From positions 28,606,307 to 28,670,306 of the forward strand of contig OZ316892.1 in NCBI GenBank assembly GCA_973895155.1: a DNA stretch of 64,000 bases, in the 5' to 3' direction. Under the pieces are notes generated by a model. It did not search any database. It saw only the letters and a program-made list of their open reading frames with translations, and was not told the DNA's origin. The DNA comes from Marsupella aquatica. Lineage: Eukaryota; Plantae; Marchantiophyta. Position 1 is the stretch's first letter. Each line of letters opens with the position of its first letter. The translations under genes were made by a program, and so were the position numbers. Positions 37,601-48,519 of the stretch are shown here, piece by piece.

Positions 37601-38390
37601 CCATTAGGTAGGCACCACATTTATTAAAACATCGAAAAGAATCCCGATTGAGAAAGCGGATCACTTAACTCCGAGCTCAAAGCGTCTGTTTTACTGGTAT
37701 AGGTTCAGTAATTACCTTATCTAACCTGTGATCCCACCACTGAGAAGGATGCGAAAAAAATTGCTGCCAGCGGCACTCTAATATCCTCTCTGGGCCTGCC
37801 AAAGTCTGTAGGCACTAGTCAATTGAAGTTCTTAGGCGAAGAATCCATAGTCGTGAGTGTGAGTACAATTGGCAATTTCGATAGTTGACAAGGCATTCGC
37901 AGCTCATCATATCAGGTCGGTTTTTCTTCCAGGGGCCATTCTCGTATTTGAATTGTTTCTCTTCCTCTCAAATTCGAACTACCCATCACAATTGCCACTC
38001 AAAACCGGCATGATATTGAAAGGTTACGTAGTTTCCAAAGATCAAGCAGCATCGTCCTCCATACATTCAGGAACGACAGTGCCTAAAACTATAAACCCTG
38101 TCCACCAGGGCTGCCAATTCAATTCAAGTTCTTGGCCAGAATCCGTCGGTGAGAGTGACTACAAAGTTATGGGAATTTATGCCATTCTGACTAAGAAGCG
38201 CGGCTTCATGTGAATATAGACGAGTGTATAGATGGACGAGAATAACCAGAAAGAGAGGAATCAAAAATTCCAGATAGAATACCATACGGCCAAGAAGAAG
38301 AAGAAGTGTGTTTGAAGAAGGGAATGCCGAAGTGAAGTACACCTTATATCGACGAGTCCCATGTCGAACCAGTGCTCCCCTCGCTGCCAT
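34692..38390 (-). CDS. PLS-class PPR protein with E1-E2-DYW deaminase domain (organellar C-to-U RNA editing factor)
   Basis: Main exon 37562-34692 has 21 P/L/S motifs (7 triplets ending P2-L2-S2), PG box PPGCTW, HSEKLA, KNLRVCDDCH and terminal CSCGDYW. The ORF has no in-frame ATG at its 5' end. A 16-codon upstream exon 38390-38343 (MAARGALVRHGTRRYK, GT donor) splices in phase 0 to a pyrimidine-rich AG at 37563; this exon is inferred. Confidence 0.93.
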
Positions 38391-38789
38391 TGCTCCCCGC
38401 TCCCGCCTGCTGTCTTCTGTAGCAACATTGAAATTGAAGTCTGTGGTCTGTGGTCTAGGGCAAAGGGTAGGGAGCAAGTGTATATATCGTTTATGCTAAG
38501 GTGCCCTAAATGATCAACATTTAAGAAATTTGGGGGGTTTGCACTCGTGTTCTGGTCATACACATTGTGGGCTTGTGAACTACTCGTCAGTTTTTGGCTT
38601 GAAATGAGCGCTTTACTTAGCAATAAAAGGTGAACAACTTGTCGATTTTGTGTTTGTATTGCGAGGAAGCATAATTACGCTCTGAGACCCCATAGCTCTT
38701 AAACCCTGAGTGTCCATACACAGGGAGAAGTGGCTCTTAAACCCTTGTAACTCTTCATTATAAACCCCTATAGCTCAATACCTGTGCGT

Positions 38790-39360
38790 TGCACAAAAGA
38801 TGTTGTGTCGGCCAAGAGTGGTTGAGAAAAAACATTTCATGTCGGTCAAGAGGTCGTAGAGAAAAAAGATGTTGCATCGGCCAAGAGGTCGTTGAGAAAA
38901 AAGATATCGTGTCGGCCAAGATGTTATTGAGAAAAAAGATGCCGTGTCGGTCAAGAAGTTGTTGAGACAAAGGATGTCGTGTTAGCTAAGAAGTCATTGA
39001 GAAAAAAATTGTCATTTTGGCCAAGAAGTTGTTGAGACAAAGGATGTTGTGTCATCTAAGAAGTCGTTGAGAAAAAAAATGTCGTGTCGGTAAAGATGTC
39101 GTTGAGGAAAAACACCCGTGCGTTGCACAAAAGATGTCATTAAGAAAAAAGATGTTGTGTTGCCCAAGATGTTCTTATGTGAAAGATGTCATGAAATAAA
39201 AAGATGGCATTAAGAAAAAATAAGTAATTTTGCCAAATACGCCATTATGTGAAAGATGTCATTAAGAAAAAGGTGTCCTTTTGTCAAAGATATTGTAAAT
39301 TAAAAGATGTTATAAGTGTCATTTCACCCTAGAAGCTGTTGTTATGTGAAAGATATTGTG
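38790..39360. repeat. Degenerate ~33-34-bp minisatellite array
   Basis: Repeating GAGAAAAAAGATGT.GTGTCGGCCAAGA.GT.GTT, decaying rightwards into AAAGATGTCATTA units. Confidence 0.85.
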
Positions 39361-40390
39361 AACTAAAAATTTAAGGAGGGAAGGAGCGAGTCAACCAAGA
39401 GTCAGGGTTGTCGCGGCTTGATCCCGAGCTCAATGCTATCGTCACGACCAGCATCCAAGGGGTGGCATGGTGTTTTTGGTCCTATTCCTTTGTCTTTGTA
39501 ATAGTCAAACTATTTTGTTTTGTTTTTTTACCCACAATGTCCCTGCATTTGAATGACAACCACTCTATAAATTGGTGTCTATTTGAATGACGACCACTCT
39601 ATACTGGGCGAGGGGCTGCCCTTTATTGCGAGTGTGCCCCTCAATGCCCGTGCCATGCGCTTCACTATGTCTTTGGGTCTTATTGCTTTTGTTTTTTGGC
39701 ATTGAGAATGACAGTGCAAGTGAGTGTAAAAATCACCACAAATATTGGGAGAAAAGGTTTTAATTGATTAGTGTATGAAATTCCTCTATTGACTAAAATA
39801 CTGTTACTAATTAAACTTTTCTTACTAGTATTTACTCAAAACTAACAAAAATATACTTCATCACAATATTAAATATATATAATATTTACTTGCAGGTATA
39901 ATATTTCCTTGCATGTATCGTGTAGAGGATCCTCCTTGATCCTCGTGCATTGTTAAAGTTTTTCACTTGTTTTAGTTGGTGTCTAGTGTGATTATTTGTT
40001 GCAACAATGATGCAACTTTTTGTGAGTCACACTAAACCCAAGTCACACTTTGGCTTTATTACTTATCTTTGACTAAATTTTTAAATTTTTGTGCCCTGCA
40101 TATTTGAATGACAACCACTTCATTTTTTGGCGCAACGTTGTATTATAGTTCTTGATAGCACTTAAACCACTAGTGTCCAAATGATTCCATCCTAGCTTTC
40201 TACTTCCCTGTTCTCCTCCCTCTGCCCTATGTTGAGGAGAGCCAACTATTAATAGAGGCTCATGGTCAACAAGGTCCATTTGGGGAACACTACTGATTTA
40301 AGACAAAAGTGTGAAGGTTAGTAAGCGCAAGACAAACCTGCCTGATAGCCTTATGGCCATGCGCTGCACAATCGTCATTGCAGAAAGTAA

Positions 40391-40993
40391 TGTTGAAGTA
40401 GAGGGCAAGCTTTAAGGGCTGGCAAGGTTGGCGACCAAGCAATGACTTTGTGTTGACTTGCAACAGATGAAAGCCTATATTTTACTGTGTTGTTCATAGC
40501 AACGGCTTTTTGCTCTATTACTCTAAATGACCATTGACAAGGGTGGTGGCATAGGTAACGCTTGCACTTTAAAGAATTTGGAAGGTGTTGGATTTTCACA
40601 AACTTTAGGGGTATTCTGGTAAATTTTGGCAACTTGTGGGGGTTATTATGTTGAGCATAGACGACATTCGCAACGGCAAGCCCATGAACCATCCAATGCA
40701 CAAGAGTCGACATAGAGAGATACGTGGTTCACCTCCACATGAGGCTACGTCCACGGGAACACACAAGAGCTTTACTGCACTCTAGGCCGACCGGCCATAC
40801 CAAGCATCCACAGCGCAAGCTCTCCCTATCTCTCAACTAGCTTCGTAACAATGAGCCTAAGTTCCACCCAGGGTCTGGCATCAGCCCTGGCTATATGCAC
40901 AACAATACTACCGCAAACATTAGCTAAGTCTTAACCCAAATTAGACTAACTATGATTAGCTCATGAGTCACAAAATTAGAGCAATATCTAACA
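40391..40993 (-). mobile_element. 3' LTR of the Copia element
   Basis: TG...CA termini (TGTTGAAG...TCTAACA), immediately preceded on the minus strand by a polypurine tract; homologous to 668-1002. Confidence 0.8.
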
Positions 40994-42636
40994 AACTTCC
41001 CCTTGACTCTTGTCTTGGGGACTGGACTAAATGCTACCATATGGAATCCTCAGTGGGAAGTTCTAGACAATCACCAAACTAGGTCCCCCCTAAAACCACA
41101 AGGGTTAACTAGAACTAAGCCGTAGCCAAACCAGAATGAGTAATCCATATATAAATAGTCACACACTGTTAAATAACTCTACTTGCACTACAACTGCAAA
41201 ATCTGCAAAGTAGCACGGTGTCTTGAAAAACTCTCCAAATGAATCACTTTGGTAAAGGCATCAACGGGATTGAGCTTTCCATCAATCTTGACTAGCTCAA
41301 AACTTTTATCAGACACTGCTTGCCTGATAAAATGGTACCTGATATCAATGTGCTTCACCTTGCTATCCATCACCTGGTTAGCAGCCAAGTGAAGAGCACT
41401 CTGATTATCATAGTTTAGAGACATTTTGCCATGCTCTAAATCCATCTCCGCAATCAACTTGTCCAACCAAATTGCTTCATTTTCTGCTTTTGCTGCTGCA
41501 ACATACTGTGCTTCTATAGTAGACTGAGATATACACTTCTGCAAGGTAGATTTCCAATTGATACATTCTCCTCCGAGAGTAAATACAAACCCAGTTGTAG
41601 ACCTCGAAGGGTTAACTAAGTGTATATTTTGGGGTACCACGTGCGATCCTAGCCAAATATAAATAGACCTATTTTTTATAAAGAAAATATTCCAAGAATA
41701 TTCTCTATTTTCAATATTAATAACCTATTTTACTTTATAAAAGATATATATTATAGAATATTCTATAAACATGAGTTTATAATTTACCTTCTTTTGCCTC
41801 CTATGTTCTTTAAAAATTTACACTGTTTATCGAAAATACTATTACTACCCAAATAGTGTTACTCCTGAATTAGTCTAACTAACACTAATTTTTGAGTGCT
41901 AAGGATTTGGGTCTGAATTAACACTAATTATGATAGTTAGGCTTATTACACTAATATGGACAAAAATCTAGGATAGTTGACTTTGTGACACTAATTTTGG
42001 CTTGCTCATGCAACATGACACAAGCTAAATTATGAATTCTTTTCAATACGCAGTGAATTTTGTCTTTCAAAAATCAATACAGATTTTGTCGTGAACAACA
42101 TGAGAGGCTAACTGAAGCCAACAAGGCCACATCTTGTTGCAAGGCAAATTGTCTCTCAAGCTAAAATTAAATAGAAGCCACGAGAATCCTGATTTGTTTG
42201 GAAATTAACCACATATTCTCATGCCATGGATTGTGTGAATAGTACTTGGATTGCAATTGTGTGTTTGTTCCCCACCTGTTTAAAATTCAGCCACAAATTC
42301 TCAAGCCATGGATTGTACGTATAGGAATTGAATTGCAATTGGGTTTCCTATTGTTCAAAAATCAGCCACGTATTCTTATCCCATGGACTATACGTACAAG
42401 AATTGGAGTTGCAATTGTTTGTTCCGCATTGGATCCCTGATTGTGAGGAACACAAATTTTGATTTACAATCCTGGTCCAGGCTGATTTGAGGTTGATGTC
42501 AAGAATCAATTAAGATTTATTTGGCAATTTGATTGGTGTCTTTGGGTTTATTTTGAAGAGTCCCATCAAGCTCAATCAAAGGATATTGGCTATTTTTGTT
42601 AGAATAGTCCACTTTTGTACGATCTCCCGTGCAAAC

Positions 42637-44534
42637 ATGAATTTTGGTAGTCCATTGTTGCAAGCATTTTCAAATGTCTGCCCGTATGTCATACCACCTT
42701 CCAATCCTGCAGAGCCCATAGATGATGCCCGAGTAGATGAAAATTGTGATCCCAATGTGACAGTCGCTAGACGTAGGCTCCAATGTGTCTCCACAAAGGC
42801 CCAAAGGGTGAAGGTGGTGAAGTGGATGCAAGAAACAATCGCTACCAGAGGTGATGACAAGAACATTGTCTCTGAGGCTGTGAGATACTTTCCTGAAATT
42901 TTCGGGGCATAAAGTTACACAGCAAATATAGTCAAATGTTCCACATGGTGGAAAGAGAGGACCGAGCTTTTTGAAGCCCTGAAGAGTGACAACATGAGCA
43001 TTAGTCACACTTATTTGGGAGCAAGAAAGCGGGTGGAGTTAAAAGCTCGTCTAGGGAGGGGGAGGAAGGGGACAGCTTGGAGTACCTGGTTGTACCCAAT
43101 CGTGCGCTCTGAGTTCGAGAGGTTAAAAAGTGCAGGATTAAAATTTTCTCCCAAAGTCCTCTTGCTGGTGGCAAAAAATGCATTGCAGAGCAATCCCCAT
43201 CCTTCCTTTGGACCCAATGTCATCTTGGAAGATGATGACAGGCCTCTTATTGAGAGGATCACTCCACGTTGGGTGCAACAATTTCAAGAAACTTAGGGAA
43301 TTGTTCATAGAAGTCAGACTGGCAAGTTAATGGTTTCACCAGCAAAAACTGAGTTTATTGAGAGAGGTGTCGCCTATCACGTGGGGCAGTTAGCACGTGG
43401 GTTTTGTAGTGGGGCACTTGATGAAAATCTTGTTGAAAACATGGACGAGACCCACTTCATTATCAATATGGATAATGACCAAACGCTTGGATTCAAAGGG
43501 GACCAGGAAGTCAAGTATGTTGACATCGTGAGTGGTGGAGTCGGCATCACTATGGTGGTGAAAACTATGGGTGGGGTGGCTGGAAAAATTGCAACTCCAT
43601 TTCTGATTTTTTAAAATGACAATTGCTCCTACCCTATTCGCGGGGTGCCAGATACAGTGCCTGGAGTTTGTTACCGCACTAGCAAAAAGAGCTTCATGAC
43701 ATCAGATTTGTTGAGTGAGTATTATAGTGAGCCTCGAGTGACTTGGGCTGCCCCTTCTGGCCACACAAAGATACAATGGATTGACAACTGCCCCGAGCAT
43801 AAGATTACTCCACAATGTGAGGCTGCTTTGGAAAGAGTGAAGACAGAAATCCGTAGATTTCCAGAAGCAGCTACTCACTTGGTCCAGCCATGTGATTCGT
43901 TTGTCATTAGCAAAATTAAGGACGCTTGGACCAGGAGATGGGAACAAAAAAAATTGGAGATGCTTCGAGATGCACAATGGCAAGGATCTGGCCTGATGGG
44001 CACTAGTGGGATGTTAAAGAACCCTGGGAAGAAGTATTTTTTGGAGTTAGCTGCAGCTAGTGTGAGAGACGTGAACAGCCAGGTCGACAAAAAGCATGGG
44101 ATCAACTATGCAAGGAAGGCTATGATCAGGACAGGGTTGGGTCTCAACTTGAATGGCCAGTGGGAAGAAAGACAATTGACTCCTCAATTACAAGAAATCA
44201 TTGGCAAGTATCATTGAAATTTTGATGGATATAGAGATGGACTTCCCCCCTTGAGGACGGGTCTCTTGTGGACCCGCTTGTGGAATCAACATTGATTATT
44301 TCTCCTTTTGTGGATCCTCCTGTGGACCCAGCCTCAATTACTCCCCCTCTTGTGGATCCTCTTGTGGACCCAGCACCGATAGCTTCCATGAGCAATGCAG
44401 GGAATATTTCAAATGAGGATGAGCATGTTGAACATGCATTTGATGTCTTCTGCGGAGAGGAGGACAAATCTGGTGATCTATGGAATTTCTTGGATCAGGA
44501 ATACGGTAATGATTGCACATTGGACAAAGAGTGA
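42637..44534 (+). pseudogene. pogo-like DD36D transposase with in-frame stops
   Basis: ORFs 42529, 42994, 43330 and 43645 are one frame broken by TAA, TAG, TAA, then TGA at 44215. CENP-B-like HTH region (GRGRK...WVQQF); triad ENMDETHF / WIDNC / LVQPCD. The acidic PVDP-repeat tail is in a shifted frame. Confidence 0.9.
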
Positions 44535-45351
44535 GTAGTAGCATTGTGGATCTGTCTTGTCTGACCATCTGTTCTCATGCCTGTTGGCTTATGGCAACTT
44601 GAACGACGGCTCATGTTTAACGTTGTTTGTGTAGTAAAGAACATATTTAAAGTGTCACTACACACAATTCCTGGTCATTTTTGTATTTTCGTCATTTTCT
44701 GATTTTTGTTGGTGGAGTTCTTGTTGTTGTTAGAATTTTGAACCAAGCTTTCAAATATTTTCCTTCAAAATTTGTCAGCATGCATTGAATAGCTGTTAGA
44801 TTGATGGACTTGCCTCACGTCTAATAAGCAATCCATGCAAATCTCATCAAGAATAAATCTGTCCAAGTCAAGATTGATTTTATGGTGCTACCGAAGGCAT
44901 CAAAGATCAAACACGAAAGAGTTGAAGTTCTTCCTGGCTTGCAATTAGCTTTGCTCTGCTTTCTTTGTATGTACCTGTACATTTTAGAAATTATATAGTG
45001 GTCAGTCTGCTTCCTCTATCTTGTGGCAATCTCCATGAACTGTCTCAGACCAGCAAATTAGCGTTGTGGATTTTGCCTCATTTGTCACTCTCTCTGGATC
45101 TTGTATTTTTCTTTTTGATTTCACTCAATTTCACGCCATTTTGACAAGTATTGTGCATGTTCTCTCAAACCAAGTGGTGAGAGACTCACACAAATAGTGT
45201 TAGCTGATGATGACGTGGATGGATAATCTCCACTCCACTTGAATGAGATCCCGCCTGAGACGGTGATCTATCCATATGGTATTGGTTGTCAAACTCTCTT
45301 GTGTCTCAGTCGTGTTCTATTTCTCAAGATTGCAAATATTTTGTTTACAAG

Positions 45352-46161
45352 ATGGCAAGGAATATCTTTCGTAATGTGGTCTGTTGTTTTTTGCCAGTCA
45401 CCATGAGCAGCCAAACAACAATCATGAGTAGCCAAATAGTGAATCGTTTTGTTGCTCGTGGTGGTCTTCGTCATTATTACATTTCTGATGCCACAACGCA
45501 CACGGTGGCAAATTGTTGGGCTGAGGTCCAAGAACATTTGCAAGACTTTCCTGGTCTGTTGGAGCATTTTGCAGCAACCGTGCAATTTGTTTCCATTGAT
45601 TGGATAGAGTATTCGATGAAGTCAGACTCGTTGTTGTCTCTTGAAGCTTTTGTACTCAAACCAGATTTTGGATTTGAAGGTTCAAGTTCACCAGTCTTTG
45701 GTCTCGTGCTGCCTCCCGTGAAATTGACAGCTCTATTGCTTCAGGCTCGTATGGAGGCTTATATCAAGGCAACTTGAGAGGAAAAGCAGAAATTTGACCA
45801 GGAATTTTTCAACATGCAGAAGTGCGAAAGTGGTGGCAGGCGATAAAACGACCTTCTGGAAATAAGAAGAGACCAAGACTCTCTCACCAGATTCAGGGCC
45901 ATGAGTAATTTAGGAATCAGGCTGTTAGTGCGGTAGACTAAACGGCTTGTATTAGATGTTAGACCTGTGATTCATAATCCAACATTGGATTCTGCAGACC
46001 AACTCTATTTTGTAATTTCAGATTGTGTATTTTTCTCAAGTTGGTTAGTTTCCATGAACGTGAATGTAATGCAATGTTTTTCATGTCAATTTTGTGTGCA
46101 GTTGTCGATATGGTGCTCTCTTCTTTCTTTGTGCAAATTTTGTGTGCACATCGGGAATTAA
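45352..46161 (+). pseudogene. Second ORF inside the pogo-like element, unknown function
   Basis: ORFs 45286-45777 and 45967-46161 share one frame, joined through three single stops (TGA 45775, TAA 45844, TAG 45934). Protein-like composition; no recognised domain. Confidence 0.55.
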
Positions 46162-48519
46162 TTTTTCAACTCAAAACCAAAATTCTAGAAATTGATCAAG
46201 TATTCCTTACGGCAAAAACATGAACGACAAGTCACCAAAATAGTGTACCACGTAACAACTCAATTAGTGTTATCTTTAATGTTAATTAACGCGTACACAA
46301 TTAATGTTACTCATCAAATACTGTAAGTTATAGTAATTGAGGAGTGGAAAGAATTTTTACTGGCTACATAAATAGTGTTAGTAACACTATTTTTGGTAAA
46401 CAGTGTAGTTAATTTCTATCAAAAATACCTATTTTTGATCACACGTGGTTCCTAAGATTTTTGATAGTCAACCCCCCGAGTTGTAGACCTCCTTATGTCC
46501 AGACAGTCTCCATAGTCACAATCTACATAGCCAACCAACGTTCTATCTGATCTGTTATCAAATAATAATCCATAGTCCTGTGTGTTCCCTTCAAATACCT
46601 GAGAATCCACTTCACAGCTTTCCAATGTACCTTCCCTAGATTTGACATGAATCTGCTAACCTTGCCCATCGCTAGGGTCAAGTCAGGCCTAGTACAAGTT
46701 ATCAAATACATCAGACTGCCTACTGCCTTCTCATAAGGAATCTTAGCCATCAGACCTTTCTCCACAGCATCCCTAGGAGAGAAAGTCGATGATAACTTGA
46801 AATGTGAAGCTAAAGGAATACTCACTGGCTTACAGTTCTCCATGTTGAATCATGCAAGTACTTTCCTCACATACTGGCCTTGACTCAAGCACAACAGTCC
46901 AGTATCAGAGTTCCTAAAAATCTTCATCCTTGAGATCCTCTTGGCCTTACCAAGATCCTTCATCCTGAATTCAACACTCAATTTTGCCTTGAGACTGTGA
47001 ACTCAGATTGATCTTTAGCCACAATTAGCATGTCATCCACATAGATCACCAGAATGATGAAACCAAATACATCATTCTTGACTGATTTCGTATACACACA
47101 AGGATCATACACCATCCTTGTAAAACCTTGAGCAAGCATAAAATCATCAAACCGCTTGTTCCACTGTCTGGGAGACTGCTTCAATCCATACAAGGACTTG
47201 AGCAATTTGCAAACTAAGTTCTCTTGGCCCTTCTTCATAAAGCCTATTGGTTGTCTCATGAAGATCATCTCTTCCAAGTTGCCATAGAGAAAAGCAGTTA
47301 CAACAACTATTTGATCCATCACCAGACCAAAAAACACAACAAATTGATACAAGATCTGAATTGGGGAATACTTAGCCACCAATGAAAAGACCTCATTATA
47401 ATCCACTCATTTCTCCTAAGTGAATCCCTTGGCAACAAGTCTTGCCTTGTAGATATTATCTCTACCCTCTGAAGGATTATCCTTCAACTTGTAAATCTAC
47501 TTGACATCTTGGAAGCTCCACCAGCTCCCATGTCTTTTTGTCACTCAAAGATTGCAATTCCCTCTGCATTGCTGCATTCACTCATGTTTCTGCTCTGAAG
47601 CACAAGCCTCATTGTATGAAGAAGGCTCTCCTTCTTCCAAGATCAAAGCCATATCATCATCATCAGGTGCAATGTCAATATCATCTAGCTTAGATGAGTC
47701 TGCCCATTGACTATACCTGGTAGGAGCTCTAGTAGAACGGTTGGAAATTCTTCTAGTAGATGACTCAGGCTGATCTGCTGCTGCTTCTGGCTAAATTTGA
47801 GGTACTCCAACAATAATATGCTCCTCTTGTTCCAACACAGGATCCAGCTCCAAACTTGGAGCTTCTCCATCTCTCTTGTCATGAATAGCATCATGACTAA
47901 TCACCCCCTCAACCCGGTCTGGGATGGGAAATTTCCCATTGTCCGTATGGGAGTCTTGAGAACTCTCCCCCTCCTTTGATGATCTGGATTCATTAAAGGA
48001 CACATCTCTACTGACAATTAGTTTACAGGTTACTGAATCCCATAACTTATAACCCTTCACACCTTGCTGATAGCCAAGGAAAATGCACTTCTTGGACTTG
48101 GACTCCAACTTGGATCGAAGCTAGGAAGGTGTAAGCACATAGCATCACATCCAAAAATCCTTAGATGTGAGTAATCTGCTCGACGCCCATACCTCATTTC
48201 AAATGGCGTCTTGAATCCAATAGAATTGGATGGAGAAAACTTTACCAAATAAGCTGCAGTGTTGACAGCTTCAGCCCAAAATTCATGTGGTAAGCATGAT
48301 TGACTCAACATACTCCTCGAGCGGTCCAATAGTGTTTGGTTGAGTCTCTCAGAATCACCATTCTATTGAGGAGTATAACTTGTTATGAGATGGCGGGTAA
48401 TCCCCTGCTCCTTACAATACATTCTAAATTCCCAGGAACTGTATTCACCGTCGTTATCCAATCAAAGATATCTCACCTTATTATTAGTCTCATTCTCAAC
48501 TTGGGCTTTCCACTCCTTA

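Larger units (their letters stand above)
41821..46405 (+). mobile_element. pogo-like (IS630-Tc1-mariner superfamily) DNA transposon, 4.6 kb, TA TSD
   Basis: TA|CACTGTTTATCGAAAATA ... TATTTTTGGTAAACAGTG|TA; subterminal AGTGTTA/TAACACT motifs at both ends; internal DDE_1-type transposase. Confidence 0.9.
41605..46478. mobile_element. ~290-bp non-autonomous TIR element with 12-bp TSD inserted in Copia RNase H, split by the pogo-like element
   Basis: TSD AGTTGTAGACCT at 41593-41604 and 46479-46490; ~43-bp imperfect TIRs CG..GGGTT.ACTA...ACCACGTG.GATC. Removing it restores ...DCLDIRRSTTGFVF. Confidence 0.85.
40391..48519 (-). mobile_element. Ty1/Copia LTR retrotransposon, 3' half only (integrase-RT-RNase H-PPT-3' LTR), interrupted by nested insertions
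   Basis: Integrase (KEWKAQVENET, FWAEAVNTAAYL, SKKCIFLGY..GVKGYKLWD) ~47800-48519; RT (YKARLVAKGF, LLKSLYGLKQSPRQW, IYVDDML, TRPDL) ~46480-47500; RNase H (RRSTTGFVF, KHIDIRYHFIR) 41188-41604. Domain order is Copia-type; PPT AGTCAAGGGGAAGTT adjoins the LTR. Stops and frameshifts present. Confidence 0.93.
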
